Counted from the stretch's first letter, positions 25,340-35,113 are shown. The stretch: DNA of 58,696 nt from Verrucomicrobiia bacterium (GCA_041651735.1 JBAZIR010000002.1:1-58696); one strand, 5' to 3'. A program made the numbers and translations. The notes: generated from the sequence alone by a model not told the origin.

Positions 25340-26200
25340 CTACGCTGGAGGAGGAGGAGGAGGGAAACGCCGTGACCTGGTTTTGGACGGCGAAATCACC
25401 GGCGGACGTTTTGACGCGGGAGCGTGAATGCGTTGTTCTTCCACCAACCGGATTTTCGGCGGCTCTTCCGGAACCGGCACTTCGACGATCTTGGCGTCCT
25501 TCACCGACCAACCCGGCACCGGTTCCGGTTCGCCAATACTGGCTTCAAACGGCTTCTTCGCGTCGGCATCATGCTCTGGTGACGCAAACGCGGCCTGCAT
25601 CGTCGGGTCCTGCGCGTTGACCGCCTCGGCAAACCGGGCGGCGGCCGCGTCCAACTCCTGGTAGCCGTTGACCAGCCACTCCAGCCGGCCCGACTGGATG
25701 TTCACCAGCAATCCATGCACCGGCACCTTCGGCCCAATGATCGGGCTGTGGCGGACAAAATCCACCGCCTTCATCACGTTCTGGCTCTCACTGGCGAAGA
25801 CGCCGAAGAACTCGACGAGATTGTCCGGCAGATGCGACCGGTTCACGCCGAGGGCGTTGAAACGTTCGGTGAGTTGCAGCACAGTGGTCTGCCCGACGCG
25901 GCAATCGCTGTGACCTATAATGACGATTTCCCGTCCGCCTTTCACAACGCAAGCCAGCGCCAGCGAGCGCATCGTGCTGCTCATGGAACTGGTGATGATG
26001 TTACCCGCGTTGCGCAGCCAGATGAATTGCTCTTCCGGCAAGCCAAGCACCGCCGGCATCAGCGGGTTCATCCGCGGATCGATGCACGTCAGCGCCACCA
26101 CCGGCAGGGAATCCGCAAAATCCGCCACGCGCACACCGGCGTTTTTGTCGCCAGCCACGGCGCGATGGTTCGCATCCAGGATGGCTTCAAAGAGGCGCAT
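25340..26200 (-). CDS. beta-class carbonic anhydrase with ~100-aa Pro-rich C-terminal extension
   Basis: Zn-ligand motifs LTCIDPRMN (C-x-D-x-R) and IIGHSDCRV (H-x-x-C). The tail runs ...PEPVPGW...VPVPEEPPKIRL...RRFPPPPPPA. Confidence 0.8.
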   Translation of the reverse strand: MRLFEAILDANHRAVAGDKNAGVRVADFADSLPVVALTCIDPRMNPLMPAVLGLPEEQFIWLRNAGNIITSSMSSTMRSLALACVVKGGREIVIIGHSDCRVGQTTVLQLTERFNALGVNRSHLPDNLVEFFGVFASESQNVMKAVDFVRHSPIIGPKVPVHGLLVNIQSGRLEWLVNGYQELDAAAARFAEAVNAQDPTMQAAFASPEHDADAKKPFEASIGEPEPVPGWSVKDAKIVEVPVPEEPPKIRLVEEQRIHAPASKRPPVISPSKTRSRRFPPPPPPA

Positions 26201-26226
26201 GATGTCGGCACGTCCTCAGCGACGGC

Positions 26227-27756
26227 TCAACTTGCTTTCTTCTCGTCCTCGCCCTTCTCCATGGCCTTCCTCAGCGCCGGCACTTGCTCGAGCAGCTTCT
26301 CCAACTTGACGCCGGTGAGACTTTCGATGATGGGCGGCAACTGGCTGATGATGGTGGTGACGTCGCCAGTGAGCTTGCTCGCGCCGCCGCCGGGGCCGTT
26401 GCCGGCATTGATGATGACCATCTTCTCGGTCTTGGCCAGCGGCTCGCTGATCTTGCCTGCCACCGTCGGGAGAATTTCCACGATCATCTGGATGACAGCG
26501 GCTTCGTTGTATTGCTTGAACGACTCCGCCTTGAAGCGCATCGCCTCGGCGGTCGCCTTGCCTTGCGCCTCGATGACGTCGGCTTGGGCCAAACCGCGCG
26601 CCTTGTTCGCGTCGGCCTCGGCGATACCGGTGGCCTTGACGACGTCGGCGCTGGCGAAACCGGTCGCCTTCGTGGCGGATGCGGCGCCGGCAGCTTCGGT
26701 TTCGAGCTGGAATTTCCGCGCGTTGGCGAGCGTCTCGACTTTGTAGCGCTCAGCGTCGGCGGGCTTCTGCACCATCGCTTCGAGTTCCTTCTGCTTGCGC
26801 TGGATTTCCTGCTGTTGCAGCTCGATCTGCTTCTGCTTCTCGATGATGCTGACCTGCACTTCCTCGGCTTTCACCAACTGGCCGGTCTTGAACTTCTGCA
26901 AATCGTAGGCGAGGTCGGCTTCGGCTTTCTTCTGGTTCACCGCGGCCTGATACATGGCGACGTTGGATTGGTAGTCGCGTTGCGCCTCGGCGATCTTTGT
27001 GTCAGCGGCGAACTTCGCCTCCTGACCGGCCTGCTGGGCCTGCGCGGATCGAATCATCGAGTCGCGATCGGCCTCGGCTTGGGCGATGATGGCGTCGCGT
27101 TTGACCTGGGCGATGCGCGGTTTGCCGAGCGCGTCGAGGTAGCCTTGCGTGTCGCGGATGTCGCGGATGGTGAAGCTGACGATGCCGAGGCCCATGTTGG
27201 CCATGTCACCGGCGGCGACCTCCTGCACTTTCGAGGCGAAGGCGTCGCGGTTCTGGTAGATCTCCTCCACGGTCATCGTGCCGAGGATGGCGCGGAGATG
27301 GCCCTCCAGCGTCTGCATGGCGATGTTCTTGATTTCCTCCCGGCCCTTGCTGAGGAACTGCTCCGCCGCGGTGGCAATGGAAACGTCGTCGCCCTTGACC
27401 TTGATCTGCGCGACCCCGTCCACCTTCACCGGCACGCCCTTGCTCGTGTAAACCTCCGGCGTCTGCACGTCGATGGTGAGCAACTCCAGCGAGAGCACGT
27501 CGGCTTTCTCGATAACCGGGATGATGAACGTACCGCCGCCCTTGACGATGCGGAAACCGCGGGAGCTGATATTGCCGTCCGGGTCCGTCACGCGATACTT
27601 GCGGCCTGAGATGACCATCACCTCGTTTGGCCCGACCTTCGTGTAGCGACTGGCCCAAACGGTGCCAAAGACGAAGACAACGATGACAAGCCCGACGATG
27701 GCGACGGCGGCAAATCCCGCGCCTTCCGGCAACATGGCGACAAGTGTTGGATTCAT
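26227..27756 (-). CDS. flotillin / SPFH (band-7) family protein
   Basis: 509 aa. N-terminal TM, SPFH domain (ASRYTKVGPNEVMVISGRKY...), then a long Ala/Glu/Gln-rich coiled coil (AEADRD...AQQAGQEAKFAADTKIAEAQRD...). Confidence 0.9.
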   Translation of the reverse strand: MNPTLVAMLPEGAGFAAVAIVGLVIVVFVFGTVWASRYTKVGPNEVMVISGRKYRVTDPDGNISSRGFRIVKGGGTFIIPVIEKADVLSLELLTIDVQTPEVYTSKGVPVKVDGVAQIKVKGDDVSIATAAEQFLSKGREEIKNIAMQTLEGHLRAILGTMTVEEIYQNRDAFASKVQEVAAGDMANMGLGIVSFTIRDIRDTQGYLDALGKPRIAQVKRDAIIAQAEADRDSMIRSAQAQQAGQEAKFAADTKIAEAQRDYQSNVAMYQAAVNQKKAEADLAYDLQKFKTGQLVKAEEVQVSIIEKQKQIELQQQEIQRKQKELEAMVQKPADAERYKVETLANARKFQLETEAAGAASATKATGFASADVVKATGIAEADANKARGLAQADVIEAQGKATAEAMRFKAESFKQYNEAAVIQMIVEILPTVAGKISEPLAKTEKMVIINAGNGPGGGASKLTGDVTTIISQLPPIIESLTGVKLEKLLEQVPALRKAMEKGEDEKKAS

Positions 27757-27818
27757 ATTCTCGGTTTTCCTTGAGTTGAGAGTTGTTTGGACGAGTGGAC
27801 TGGCGGCGAAAAGGCGAA

Positions 27819-28397
27819 TCAGGAAGCGGCGACGTAAAACTGCGTGCCGACGATGCGGAGGATCTTCACGGTCTGCCCGTTGGCGAACGCCGCGCCGCCT
27901 TCGCTGCGGGCTGGCGCGGTGTAACGGCTGCCGCCGTGAATGTAAGCGATCTCGCCGACACCGTTCGCGGCAATCGGCGTGATGACCGTGGCCGTCAAGC
28001 CGATCACCTGGGCAACCTTCGATTCGCTGGAGCTTTGCGTCCGGCGGAACACCGCACGGAACAGCCAGAACACCAGCGTTGCAATGGCCACCCCTCCCAA
28101 CGCCGACACCGGCCCGCTGATCAAGACCGAGCGGGTCGCTTCGATCTTCGAGAGCACCATTCCAATGCCGCCGAACGCCGTGACAAACGAAGCGATCGTG
28201 GTGGGACTGATCGGAGAGAAACCCGGCATGTCGTGCGTGCCGAATCCCGCTTCAGCGTGGCCTTCAGCCCCGATGGCCTCGTGCCCGCCAACGTCTGCAT
28301 CGTGCCCGCCAAACACGTCCGCCATAAAGGCGCTGACGATGGTGAAAAGCAAACCGACCCCAAAACAGATGAGATAGACCAGGAACACTTTATCCAT
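27819..28397 (-). CDS. NfeD family membrane protein
   Basis: Start at ATG 28397, preceded by GGAGG. The track start at 28409 is a TTG. Multi-TM N-terminus plus a C-terminal OB-like KVAQVIGLTATVITPIAANGVGEIAYIHGGSRYTAPARSE...GQTVKILRIVGTQFYV. The classic NfeD-flotillin gene pair. Confidence 0.8.
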   Translation of the reverse strand: MDKVFLVYLICFGVGLLFTIVSAFMADVFGGHDADVGGHEAIGAEGHAEAGFGTHDMPGFSPISPTTIASFVTAFGGIGMVLSKIEATRSVLISGPVSALGGVAIATLVFWLFRAVFRRTQSSSESKVAQVIGLTATVITPIAANGVGEIAYIHGGSRYTAPARSEGGAAFANGQTVKILRIVGTQFYVAAS

Positions 28398-28622
28398 ATC
28401 AACCTCCAACCGTCATTTGCCGTAGTTAATGCCTCTCCCTCCCATCAAGCAAGCCCGAAAGCGTCGTCTTCCCTCCCGCGCTCGTCCCGCGCCGCCAGAC
28501 GCCCTGCCGCGACATTGCTGTTGTGCCGCGTCCGCCGCGCGCTACACTGTCGTCGCAGCAACCAAGGGAATTATCATGGCTGTGTTGATGCCGCAACAAA
28601 GCCAGAAGATGGATGACTTCTT

Positions 28623-29483
28623 ATGAGAACCCACAACCAAGTTATCGTTGGTGCCTTTCTGTGTTTTTCAGCATCGATCTTTGCGCAAACCAACTTCGAA
28701 ATCGAAGGAAAGGGATTCACCATCCAGAAACTGAAAAGCGAGGTGCAAGCCTTCGGCAACAGAGACTATGTCTGGAAGAATGTTCCGATGAAGTTCCGTG
28801 GCTGGCAATTCACTCAAGTCAACGGTGGCGGTCGGGCAGAGATGGCAGTAAAAAGCATCATGGATGGATTGCTTTACGTTGCCACCCTCAGGAAGGACGC
28901 GGATTTGCCAGGCTGGGAAAAAGAACCGTCGTTGGGTTTTAATTACAGCAGCGGTGCATTGCAGCGCATGCATGTCTACAAAACGTACTATCGTGGAGGG
29001 ACCGTGATGAAGATCCCACAATTCGAGTGGTCCGGCACGATTGTCCTGGCGCCGGCATTGACTCACGCCATTGATGGTTTTGGAAAGCCCGTAACTACAC
29101 AGGGCAAATCGGCAGCAACTTCGCAGCCGCGTCTAACAACGGCGATCAAGGCGCGATATGAGCAAACAATCTCGTTCGCGAGGCAACAGTATCTCCGCGA
29201 CCTCGATGCGGCCCAGCGTGCTGCGATGCAGGTGAACGATCTCGAAGAAGCCAACACCATTCATGCTGCGATACAGGAAGTTACCAACGGCGACATCACG
29301 TCCCGAAGTTTCAAGAGCAGGCTGGCCAGCACAGCCAGTGCGCGGTATGCCCAAACTGTTGCGGCTGCGAGACAGCAATACGCCGCAGATTTGGACGTCG
29401 CGTTCAAGTCAGCGATGACCGCCCGCAAGTTGGATGAGGCCAACGAGATTGCTGCGATGCGAAAAGAACTGGAAGGAAAGTGA
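28623..29483 (+). CDS. secreted hypothetical protein with C-terminal duplicated ~55-aa helical repeat
   Basis: Signal peptide MRTHNQVIVGAFLCFSASIFAQ. Internal repeat: TAIKARYEQTISFARQQYLRDLDAAQRAAMQVNDLEEANTIHAAIQEV versus STASARYAQTVAAARQQYAADLDVAFKSAMTARKLDEANEIAAMRKEL. Low-GC coding sequence. Confidence 0.6.
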   Translation: MRTHNQVIVGAFLCFSASIFAQTNFEIEGKGFTIQKLKSEVQAFGNRDYVWKNVPMKFRGWQFTQVNGGGRAEMAVKSIMDGLLYVATLRKDADLPGWEKEPSLGFNYSSGALQRMHVYKTYYRGGTVMKIPQFEWSGTIVLAPALTHAIDGFGKPVTTQGKSAATSQPRLTTAIKARYEQTISFARQQYLRDLDAAQRAAMQVNDLEEANTIHAAIQEVTNGDITSRSFKSRLASTASARYAQTVAAARQQYAADLDVAFKSAMTARKLDEANEIAAMRKELEGK

Positions 29484-29682
29484 ATTACCCGGCCAGTTGT
29501 TGACAACTCCACTTTGCGCGCGTTGAGCCAGTCCAGCCGCAGGAGGGCGGTGCCGAGGTTGAGGACAGAGTGTTGTAGAAGGCGATGGCGGAGGTGATAA
29601 AAAGAATGTCTGATATTGAGACCTGACTCCCAAGATATCCACACTTTATATGGCATGTTTGTCAACGAAGGGAATCCAAGCC

Positions 29683-30615
29683 ATGAAAACAACATCACTG
29701 ATACTTTCTATCCACTTAAGCTGCATTCTATGTGTTGGCGTTCTTGCAGAACTACCTCAAGCTGCCGTGACCATAAAAATAGTAGATGAGGACGAACAAT
29801 CTGTTCCCGGTGCCATGACGGGTGCCGCTTATAACGATTCGTCATCAAAAAGTATGGTGAATTTAGTTAAGGGCTTAACGGACAGTTCTGGCCTGTTCTT
29901 GGCAACCGCCAAAACTGAAGGTTTCGTCTCATACGGTGCTACAAAAGAGGGATATTACAAATCCGTGGGAGAACAGGGATTTTCCGACGTCAGGGGGAAT
30001 CGCTGGCAGCCATGGAACCCGGTAATCGAACTTGTGTTGAAGAGGATTATTAATCCGGTGCCGATGTATGCGAGACGAGCGATAATCGAACTGCCACGTT
30101 TGGATACGGAGGCAGGCTTCGATCTTGAGGCGGCCGATTGGGTTAAGCCGTGGGGTAACGGGATCCAGCGCGATTTCGTGTTTCGGCTAACAAAACGATT
30201 CGCAAGTCGTAACGATTACGAAGCGAAGCTGCAGCTCAGCTTTTCTCATGAAGGGGATGGTGTTCAAAATGTATATGTCGCGAATAATTGTGGAAGCGAA
30301 CTACGTTTGCCGCGAAACGCTCCTCCCGATGGCTATGAAGCCGTTTGGGATCGAACGGACGCCTGCCCTAACACAGTTCGGGTCCGTCCTGATCAGAACT
30401 ACTTCTTTCGTGTGAGAACAGAGATGACAGACGGCAAGGTTCACAAGGCGCTATACGGCAAGATTCACGGCGAAATTCGTTTCGACGTGATCAATTCAAA
30501 GACAGCCATTATCATCTTCACGTACTATCTTAATCCTGACGGAACACGAAATCTGGAGTTTGATCAGAAGAGGAATCTGTTCCAGAACCTCAAGTCGCGC
30601 GAGACACCGCACTAA
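29683..30615 (+). CDS. secreted hypothetical protein (N-terminal carboxypeptidase-regulatory-like beta-sandwich)
   Basis: Start at ATG 29683 (MKTTSLILSIHLSCILCVGVLAELPQA). AAVTIKIVDEDEQSVPGAM resembles CarboxypepD_reg-type domains. The rest is unassigned. Low-GC coding sequence. Confidence 0.6.
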   Translation: MKTTSLILSIHLSCILCVGVLAELPQAAVTIKIVDEDEQSVPGAMTGAAYNDSSSKSMVNLVKGLTDSSGLFLATAKTEGFVSYGATKEGYYKSVGEQGFSDVRGNRWQPWNPVIELVLKRIINPVPMYARRAIIELPRLDTEAGFDLEAADWVKPWGNGIQRDFVFRLTKRFASRNDYEAKLQLSFSHEGDGVQNVYVANNCGSELRLPRNAPPDGYEAVWDRTDACPNTVRVRPDQNYFFRVRTEMTDGKVHKALYGKIHGEIRFDVINSKTAIIIFTYYLNPDGTRNLEFDQKRNLFQNLKSRETPH

Positions 30616-30677
30616 CTCAACCGTATGTCGCGCAGGAATAGCGACCGCGCAACGCGACTCTTGCTTCGCCGGCCGCT

Positions 30678-31952
30678 CTACAACTGTTTCAGTTCCCGCT
30701 CGATCCCTTTCGCGTCCTTCGTCGGGCCGATCACGGCCAGGCGCAGGCGCGACGCGCGGACCAAATCGCGGGCGATGGCGTGGACTTCCGCCGCCGTGAC
30801 TTGTTGGACCCGGTTCACTACTTCGTCCGGCTCGAAAATCTTGCCAAAGCCGAGCAGGTGTTCGCCGGCCCACATCATCTGGTTGCTCGTGCTCTCCAGC
30901 GCGAGCCGCATCTGGCCAATGGCGTAGTCCTTCGCGCGGCGCACCTCGCCGGCCGACGGCGGCTTGGCGGCGGCGCGGGCCAGTTCACGCACGGTCAGCC
31001 GCAGCGCCTTCGCGAGCCGCTTGTTGTCGAGGCCGGCGGAGATGATCATCGCGCCGGCGTCGGCGAAGTAGTTGAGCGAACTCTGGATGGAATACGCCAG
31101 GCCGTGCTGTTCGCGCACGACCTGAAACAGGCGGCTGCTCATGTTTTCGCCGAAGATTACATTAAGCAGCTTCAGCGCGTAGCGCCGGTCGTCGGCGCGT
31201 GAGAAGCTGTGCAGGCCGAGCGCCAGATGGCTCTGTTCGGTCTCCTTGGTCACCAGCCGCACGACGGGGCCGCGTCCGCCCATGCGCGCCGGTGTGAACC
31301 GGCTCCTGCGGCCTTCGCGTATCCGCTTCACCAACGGACGCACCGCGTCCAGCAGGCGCGCGTGTTCCAGCGGGCCGGCGGCGGCGATGATCGTGTTGCT
31401 GCCGACGTAGTGCCGTGCCTTGTAGTCGAGCAGGTCGCGGCGCGAGATGGCATCCATGGTCTTGAGAGTGCCGGTCAGCGACTTGCCCAAAGGCTGGCGT
31501 GGCCAGAGCGTCTCGTTGAGGATCTCATGCACATGCTGGTCGGGCCGGTCCAGATACATCTGGATCTCTTCCTTGATGACGCTGCGTTCCTTCTCGAGCT
31601 CGGCTGCGTTGAACCGCGGCTCCAGATAGATGTCCATCAACACGTCGAGCAACAGGCCGAGTTTGTCGGCGCTGGCTTTGGCGAAATAGCAGGTGTGCTC
31701 CTCGCTGGTAAAGGCGTTCAGGTAGCCGCCGATGCCTTCGACCTCCTGGCTGATCTGTTTCGCGGTGCGGCGACGCGTGCCTTTGAAGAGCATGTGCTCG
31801 ATGAAATGGCTGGCGCCGCAGATTCGCGCCGGTTCGTGCCGGCCGCCGATGGCGACCCAGACGCCGAGCGCCACGCTTTGCATGGAAGGCATTTCGGCGG
31901 TGGCCACGCACAGGGAGTTGTCGAGATGCGTGACGTGGTAACGCGCCATCAT
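30678..31952 (-). CDS. M16 family (pitrilysin/insulinase-like) zinc peptidase
   Basis: Start at ATG 31952 (MMARYHVTHLDN...), an ATGA overlap with the LOG gene stop. Inverted zinc motif GASHFIEHMLFKG (HxxEH). Confidence 0.9.
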   Translation of the reverse strand: MMARYHVTHLDNSLCVATAEMPSMQSVALGVWVAIGGRHEPARICGASHFIEHMLFKGTRRRTAKQISQEVEGIGGYLNAFTSEEHTCYFAKASADKLGLLLDVLMDIYLEPRFNAAELEKERSVIKEEIQMYLDRPDQHVHEILNETLWPRQPLGKSLTGTLKTMDAISRRDLLDYKARHYVGSNTIIAAAGPLEHARLLDAVRPLVKRIREGRRSRFTPARMGGRGPVVRLVTKETEQSHLALGLHSFSRADDRRYALKLLNVIFGENMSSRLFQVVREQHGLAYSIQSSLNYFADAGAMIISAGLDNKRLAKALRLTVRELARAAAKPPSAGEVRRAKDYAIGQMRLALESTSNQMMWAGEHLLGFGKIFEPDEVVNRVQQVTAAEVHAIARDLVRASRLRLAVIGPTKDAKGIERELKQL

Positions 31953-32626
31953 GTCATTTTCTTTCGCTCTTCCGCGTCGCGTTGGGCGCGCCAATGCCGG
32001 ATGTGCTCGACCGCTTCCTTGGGTTCGTCCACACAGACGAAGAGGTCCAGATCGCGCGCCTCGATGTAGTTCGATTTCACCATCGTCTGCCGCATCCAAT
32101 CCACCAAGCCGCGCCAGTAGTCACGCCCGATCATGACGATGGGAAATTGCTCGATTCGATGCGTCTGGATCAGCGTGATGGCCTCGAAGTATTCATCCTG
32201 CGTGCCAAAACCGCCGGGGAACAGCACGAACGCGCTTGCGTATTTAACGAAACAGACCTTGCGCGTGAAGAAATAGTGGAATTCCAGCGGGTGATTGATG
32301 TAGGGGTTGGCCTTCTGCTCCGACGGCAGGCGGATGTTCAGCCCGACGGAGACCCCGCCGGCTTCGCTCGCGCCCTTGTTGGCCGCCTCCATAATGCCCG
32401 GCCCGCCGCCGGTAATGACCGCGAAACCGCTCTCCGCCAGCAGCCGTCCCGTCTGCACGGCCTTGCGATACATCGTTTCGTTTTTCCTGGTTCGCGCCGA
32501 GCCAAACACTGTCACCGCCGGCCCGATTTTGTTCATGGACTCGAACGAATCCACAAACTCCGCCATGATCCGGAAAATCCGCCACGGATCCTCCCTCGTA
32601 AAATCTGGTATTGAGGCGCCAAGCAT
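31949..32626 (-). CDS. LOG family (TIGR00730) nucleotide phosphoribohydrolase
   Basis: VTVFGSAR...ITGGGPGIMEAANKGA...FVLFPGGFGTQDEYFEAITLIQT carries the PGGxGTxxE LOG signature. Confidence 0.9.
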   Translation of the reverse strand: MLGASIPDFTREDPWRIFRIMAEFVDSFESMNKIGPAVTVFGSARTRKNETMYRKAVQTGRLLAESGFAVITGGGPGIMEAANKGASEAGGVSVGLNIRLPSEQKANPYINHPLEFHYFFTRKVCFVKYASAFVLFPGGFGTQDEYFEAITLIQTHRIEQFPIVMIGRDYWRGLVDWMRQTMVKSNYIEARDLDLFVCVDEPKEAVEHIRHWRAQRDAEERKKMT

Positions 32627-32754
32627 AAGTCAGCGAGCGCAATGTATCGGCCCTGCTGCGGCGTGTCAACGCAACGGGCCCATGTTTTTGTCCCTCATTC
32701 GCGGAAGTTGCCGACGGCGGGGATTGCCGGTATTATCCAGACGGTCTTTTTGTC

Positions 32755-34482
32755 ATGCAACCGGAAAAGCGTCAGGTTCAGCGGCCAGTGAAACCGACGG
32801 GGGTCAAGCCTCCGCCGGGAAAAGTGCCGCGTCTGGTTGCGCCCAAGTCCGGCAAGCCGCGCGTGGCCGTCAAACGGCGCCAGCCGCGTGTGGCGCGAAA
32901 GCCGTTGCCGCCGAATTTTAAACCGCGCTTCCCCGACGAGGTGGATTTTCTCACCGCGCACAAGCCCGCCCCCAAGTGGCGCACGCGATACTACGCCGCA
33001 GCCATCGTGCTCCATGTCGTGGCGCTGGTTTTCCTCGGCTACAAGATGATTTACGAGCCGATCATCAAGCAGCTCCCGCCTGATGATCTGCCGGTGATGA
33101 AGTTCGCCGGCGACGGGCTGAAACCCGTCGGGCCGGAAAACGTCCCCGGGCCGCCCGCGCCGCCCGATCACAGCCTCGATAAACTCGTGGATGCCGCCCC
33201 GAAGGTCGGTCCGACGCCCACCGTGCCTCGTGGCCTTGCGGTGCCGACGCGCGCGCCGCGCACCATCGCGAACTTGCCGATCATCGCGCTGTTCAATCCA
33301 AAGATCCCCGGCAACATCACCGCGGCAAGCCCCGTGCAAGGCGGAGGCGGCGCCAGCAACGACCCGTTTGTCGGCCGGCGCACCGGCAGCGCCCGCGGCG
33401 GAGCTGTGAAACGTTACGGCGGCTCCGACGCCAGTGAGGCGGCGGTCTTGAAGGCGCTGAAATGGCTGAAAAAGAACCAGAACACCGGCCAGGCGGAAAT
33501 GGGATCGTGGGGCAACCAATACAAGGTTGCCATGACCGGCCTGGCGCTGCTGGCATTCCTCGGCCACGGTGACACGCACGAAAGCCCTGAGTTCGAGCAA
33601 ACCATCAAGGAAGCCCTCAACTTCCTGGCCACGCAGTCCGACCAAAGCCAGGCGCCCACCAGCGGCTACATCGGCACAGCCCGTTTCGAATACCAGCATC
33701 CGATCGCAACCTATGCGATGTGCGAAGACTACGCGCTCACACATTACGCAGCGCTCAAGCCGGTGTGCATCAATGCTGTCACGCTCATCATTAACGCGCA
33801 GCGGCCCGATGGATCGTGGGATTACGATTACAACACCGGCCCCGGCGGTGTTTACAACCTCAAGAACCGTCCCAGCGGCGACAGTTCCATCAGCGCCTGG
33901 AACGTGCAGGCGCTCGCCGCCGCCAAGAACACCGGTCTGGAGATTCCCGGCCTTGACGAGGCGTTGCGCCGATCCCGCTCGTGGTTCCATGCCATTTACA
34001 GCCGCGAACAAGGCCGTTTCGGTTACGCCGTGCCGGACCGCTTGCACAGTGACGCTCTGGACGGCATCGGCGTGCTCAGCCTGCAACTGCTCGGCGACAG
34101 TGACGCCGCCGAAATCAAACAGACGTTGCCGCGCTTGCTCACGGTTGAAACCAAGTTCCGCTCCGGCAACGCCAACTCCACCTACGGCTGGTATTACATC
34201 ACCCAGGCCTTGTTCCATGCTGGCGGCCATTGGTGGGCCGAGTGGAACACGCGGTTGCGCGATCAACTGGTGGAGAACCAGGATGCCGACGGTTCGTGGG
34301 GAAGCCCTGGATCGGCCGCCTGGCAGGACAACATGACGACCAACAAAGTGAAGGGCAAAGACACCAGGGTCTATCACACGACGTTGATGTGTCTGGCGCT
34401 GGAGGTCTATTACCGCTTCCTGCCGACCTTCAACGTCATGAAGACAGCCCGCCAGGAAATGCCGTCAGCCGCGGCGCGCTAG
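32755..34482 (+). CDS. membrane-anchored prenyltransferase/squalene-oxidase (terpene cyclase-like) repeat protein
   Basis: Basic/Pro-rich N-terminus, TM helix (YYAAAIVLHVVALVFLGY). Alpha-alpha toroid repeats: VLKALKWLKKNQ...GSWG, INAQRPDGSWDYD, ISAWNVQALAAAK, ENQDADGSWGSP, TTLMCLALEVYYRFLP. Confidence 0.65.
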   Translation: MQPEKRQVQRPVKPTGVKPPPGKVPRLVAPKSGKPRVAVKRRQPRVARKPLPPNFKPRFPDEVDFLTAHKPAPKWRTRYYAAAIVLHVVALVFLGYKMIYEPIIKQLPPDDLPVMKFAGDGLKPVGPENVPGPPAPPDHSLDKLVDAAPKVGPTPTVPRGLAVPTRAPRTIANLPIIALFNPKIPGNITAASPVQGGGGASNDPFVGRRTGSARGGAVKRYGGSDASEAAVLKALKWLKKNQNTGQAEMGSWGNQYKVAMTGLALLAFLGHGDTHESPEFEQTIKEALNFLATQSDQSQAPTSGYIGTARFEYQHPIATYAMCEDYALTHYAALKPVCINAVTLIINAQRPDGSWDYDYNTGPGGVYNLKNRPSGDSSISAWNVQALAAAKNTGLEIPGLDEALRRSRSWFHAIYSREQGRFGYAVPDRLHSDALDGIGVLSLQLLGDSDAAEIKQTLPRLLTVETKFRSGNANSTYGWYYITQALFHAGGHWWAEWNTRLRDQLVENQDADGSWGSPGSAAWQDNMTTNKVKGKDTRVYHTTLMCLALEVYYRFLPTFNVMKTARQEMPSAAAR

Positions 34483-34492
34483 CGCCGCCTCC

Positions 34493-35113
34493 CTACTTGA
34501 CGGAGCCTGACGGAAGGTCAACGAACTTCACGCCGGCCGGGGCCTCGAACATCGCCGGCGACACCCCTTCGTTCACCTGCACGTCGCTGTGTTCCACCGT
34601 TACTGACTGGCCCTGTGCTTCCAATATCATGCGCATCGGGAAGTTTTTTTCCGCCCACAACCACACTTTGCCCGTGGTGGTCAGGCCGCCAGATTTGTCG
34701 CTGAAGCTGTAGATGTCACACGCTTTGTCGCCAAGTTTCTCCTCGCCGGTCTTGGCTTTCTTCCACGTGTCCAGTTTACTGAATACCTCGGTGTATTGCG
34801 CCAGTTGATCCAACATCTGCTGCTTCAAGGGCATCTTCATGCCCGTCGTGGCGCCTTCCTCGAAAACCAGCGCCGTGCCACTCTTGATGACGATCACCTG
34901 GCGGCGGCCTTCCACCGTCGTCACAACGCGCATCTGGTCGGGTTTCAGGAACCACAACTCGGCTTCCACCTTCTGCAACTTGCCCGGCGCGGTCGCGCCG
35001 ATGGTCACCGTCTGCTTCCAATGGGCCGACTTGTAAGGCAACAGTGAGGGCGCCTCCGCCTGCGCACTCCACCAACCCACCAGACAAAAACCGACAATCG
35101 CAATCAATCTCAT
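34493..35113 (-). CDS. LolA-like periplasmic/outer-membrane lipoprotein-carrier-fold protein
   Basis: Signal peptide MRLIAIVGFCLVGWWSAQA. C-terminal ...VEHSDVQVNEGVSPAMFEAPAGVKFVD is the typical LolA/LolB/RseB-like terminal motif. Confidence 0.5.
   Translation of the reverse strand: MRLIAIVGFCLVGWWSAQAEAPSLLPYKSAHWKQTVTIGATAPGKLQKVEAELWFLKPDQMRVVTTVEGRRQVIVIKSGTALVFEEGATTGMKMPLKQQMLDQLAQYTEVFSKLDTWKKAKTGEEKLGDKACDIYSFSDKSGGLTTTGKVWLWAEKNFPMRMILEAQGQSVTVEHSDVQVNEGVSPAMFEAPAGVKFVDLPSGSVK

Noticed and set aside
29497-29502. Perfect TTGACA hexamer just after the first island gene, considered as a -35 box for the second island gene.
   Set aside because: No acceptable -10 hexamer lies at 16-19 nt spacing (TTGAGC follows). 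A single hexamer match is expected by chance in low-GC DNA.
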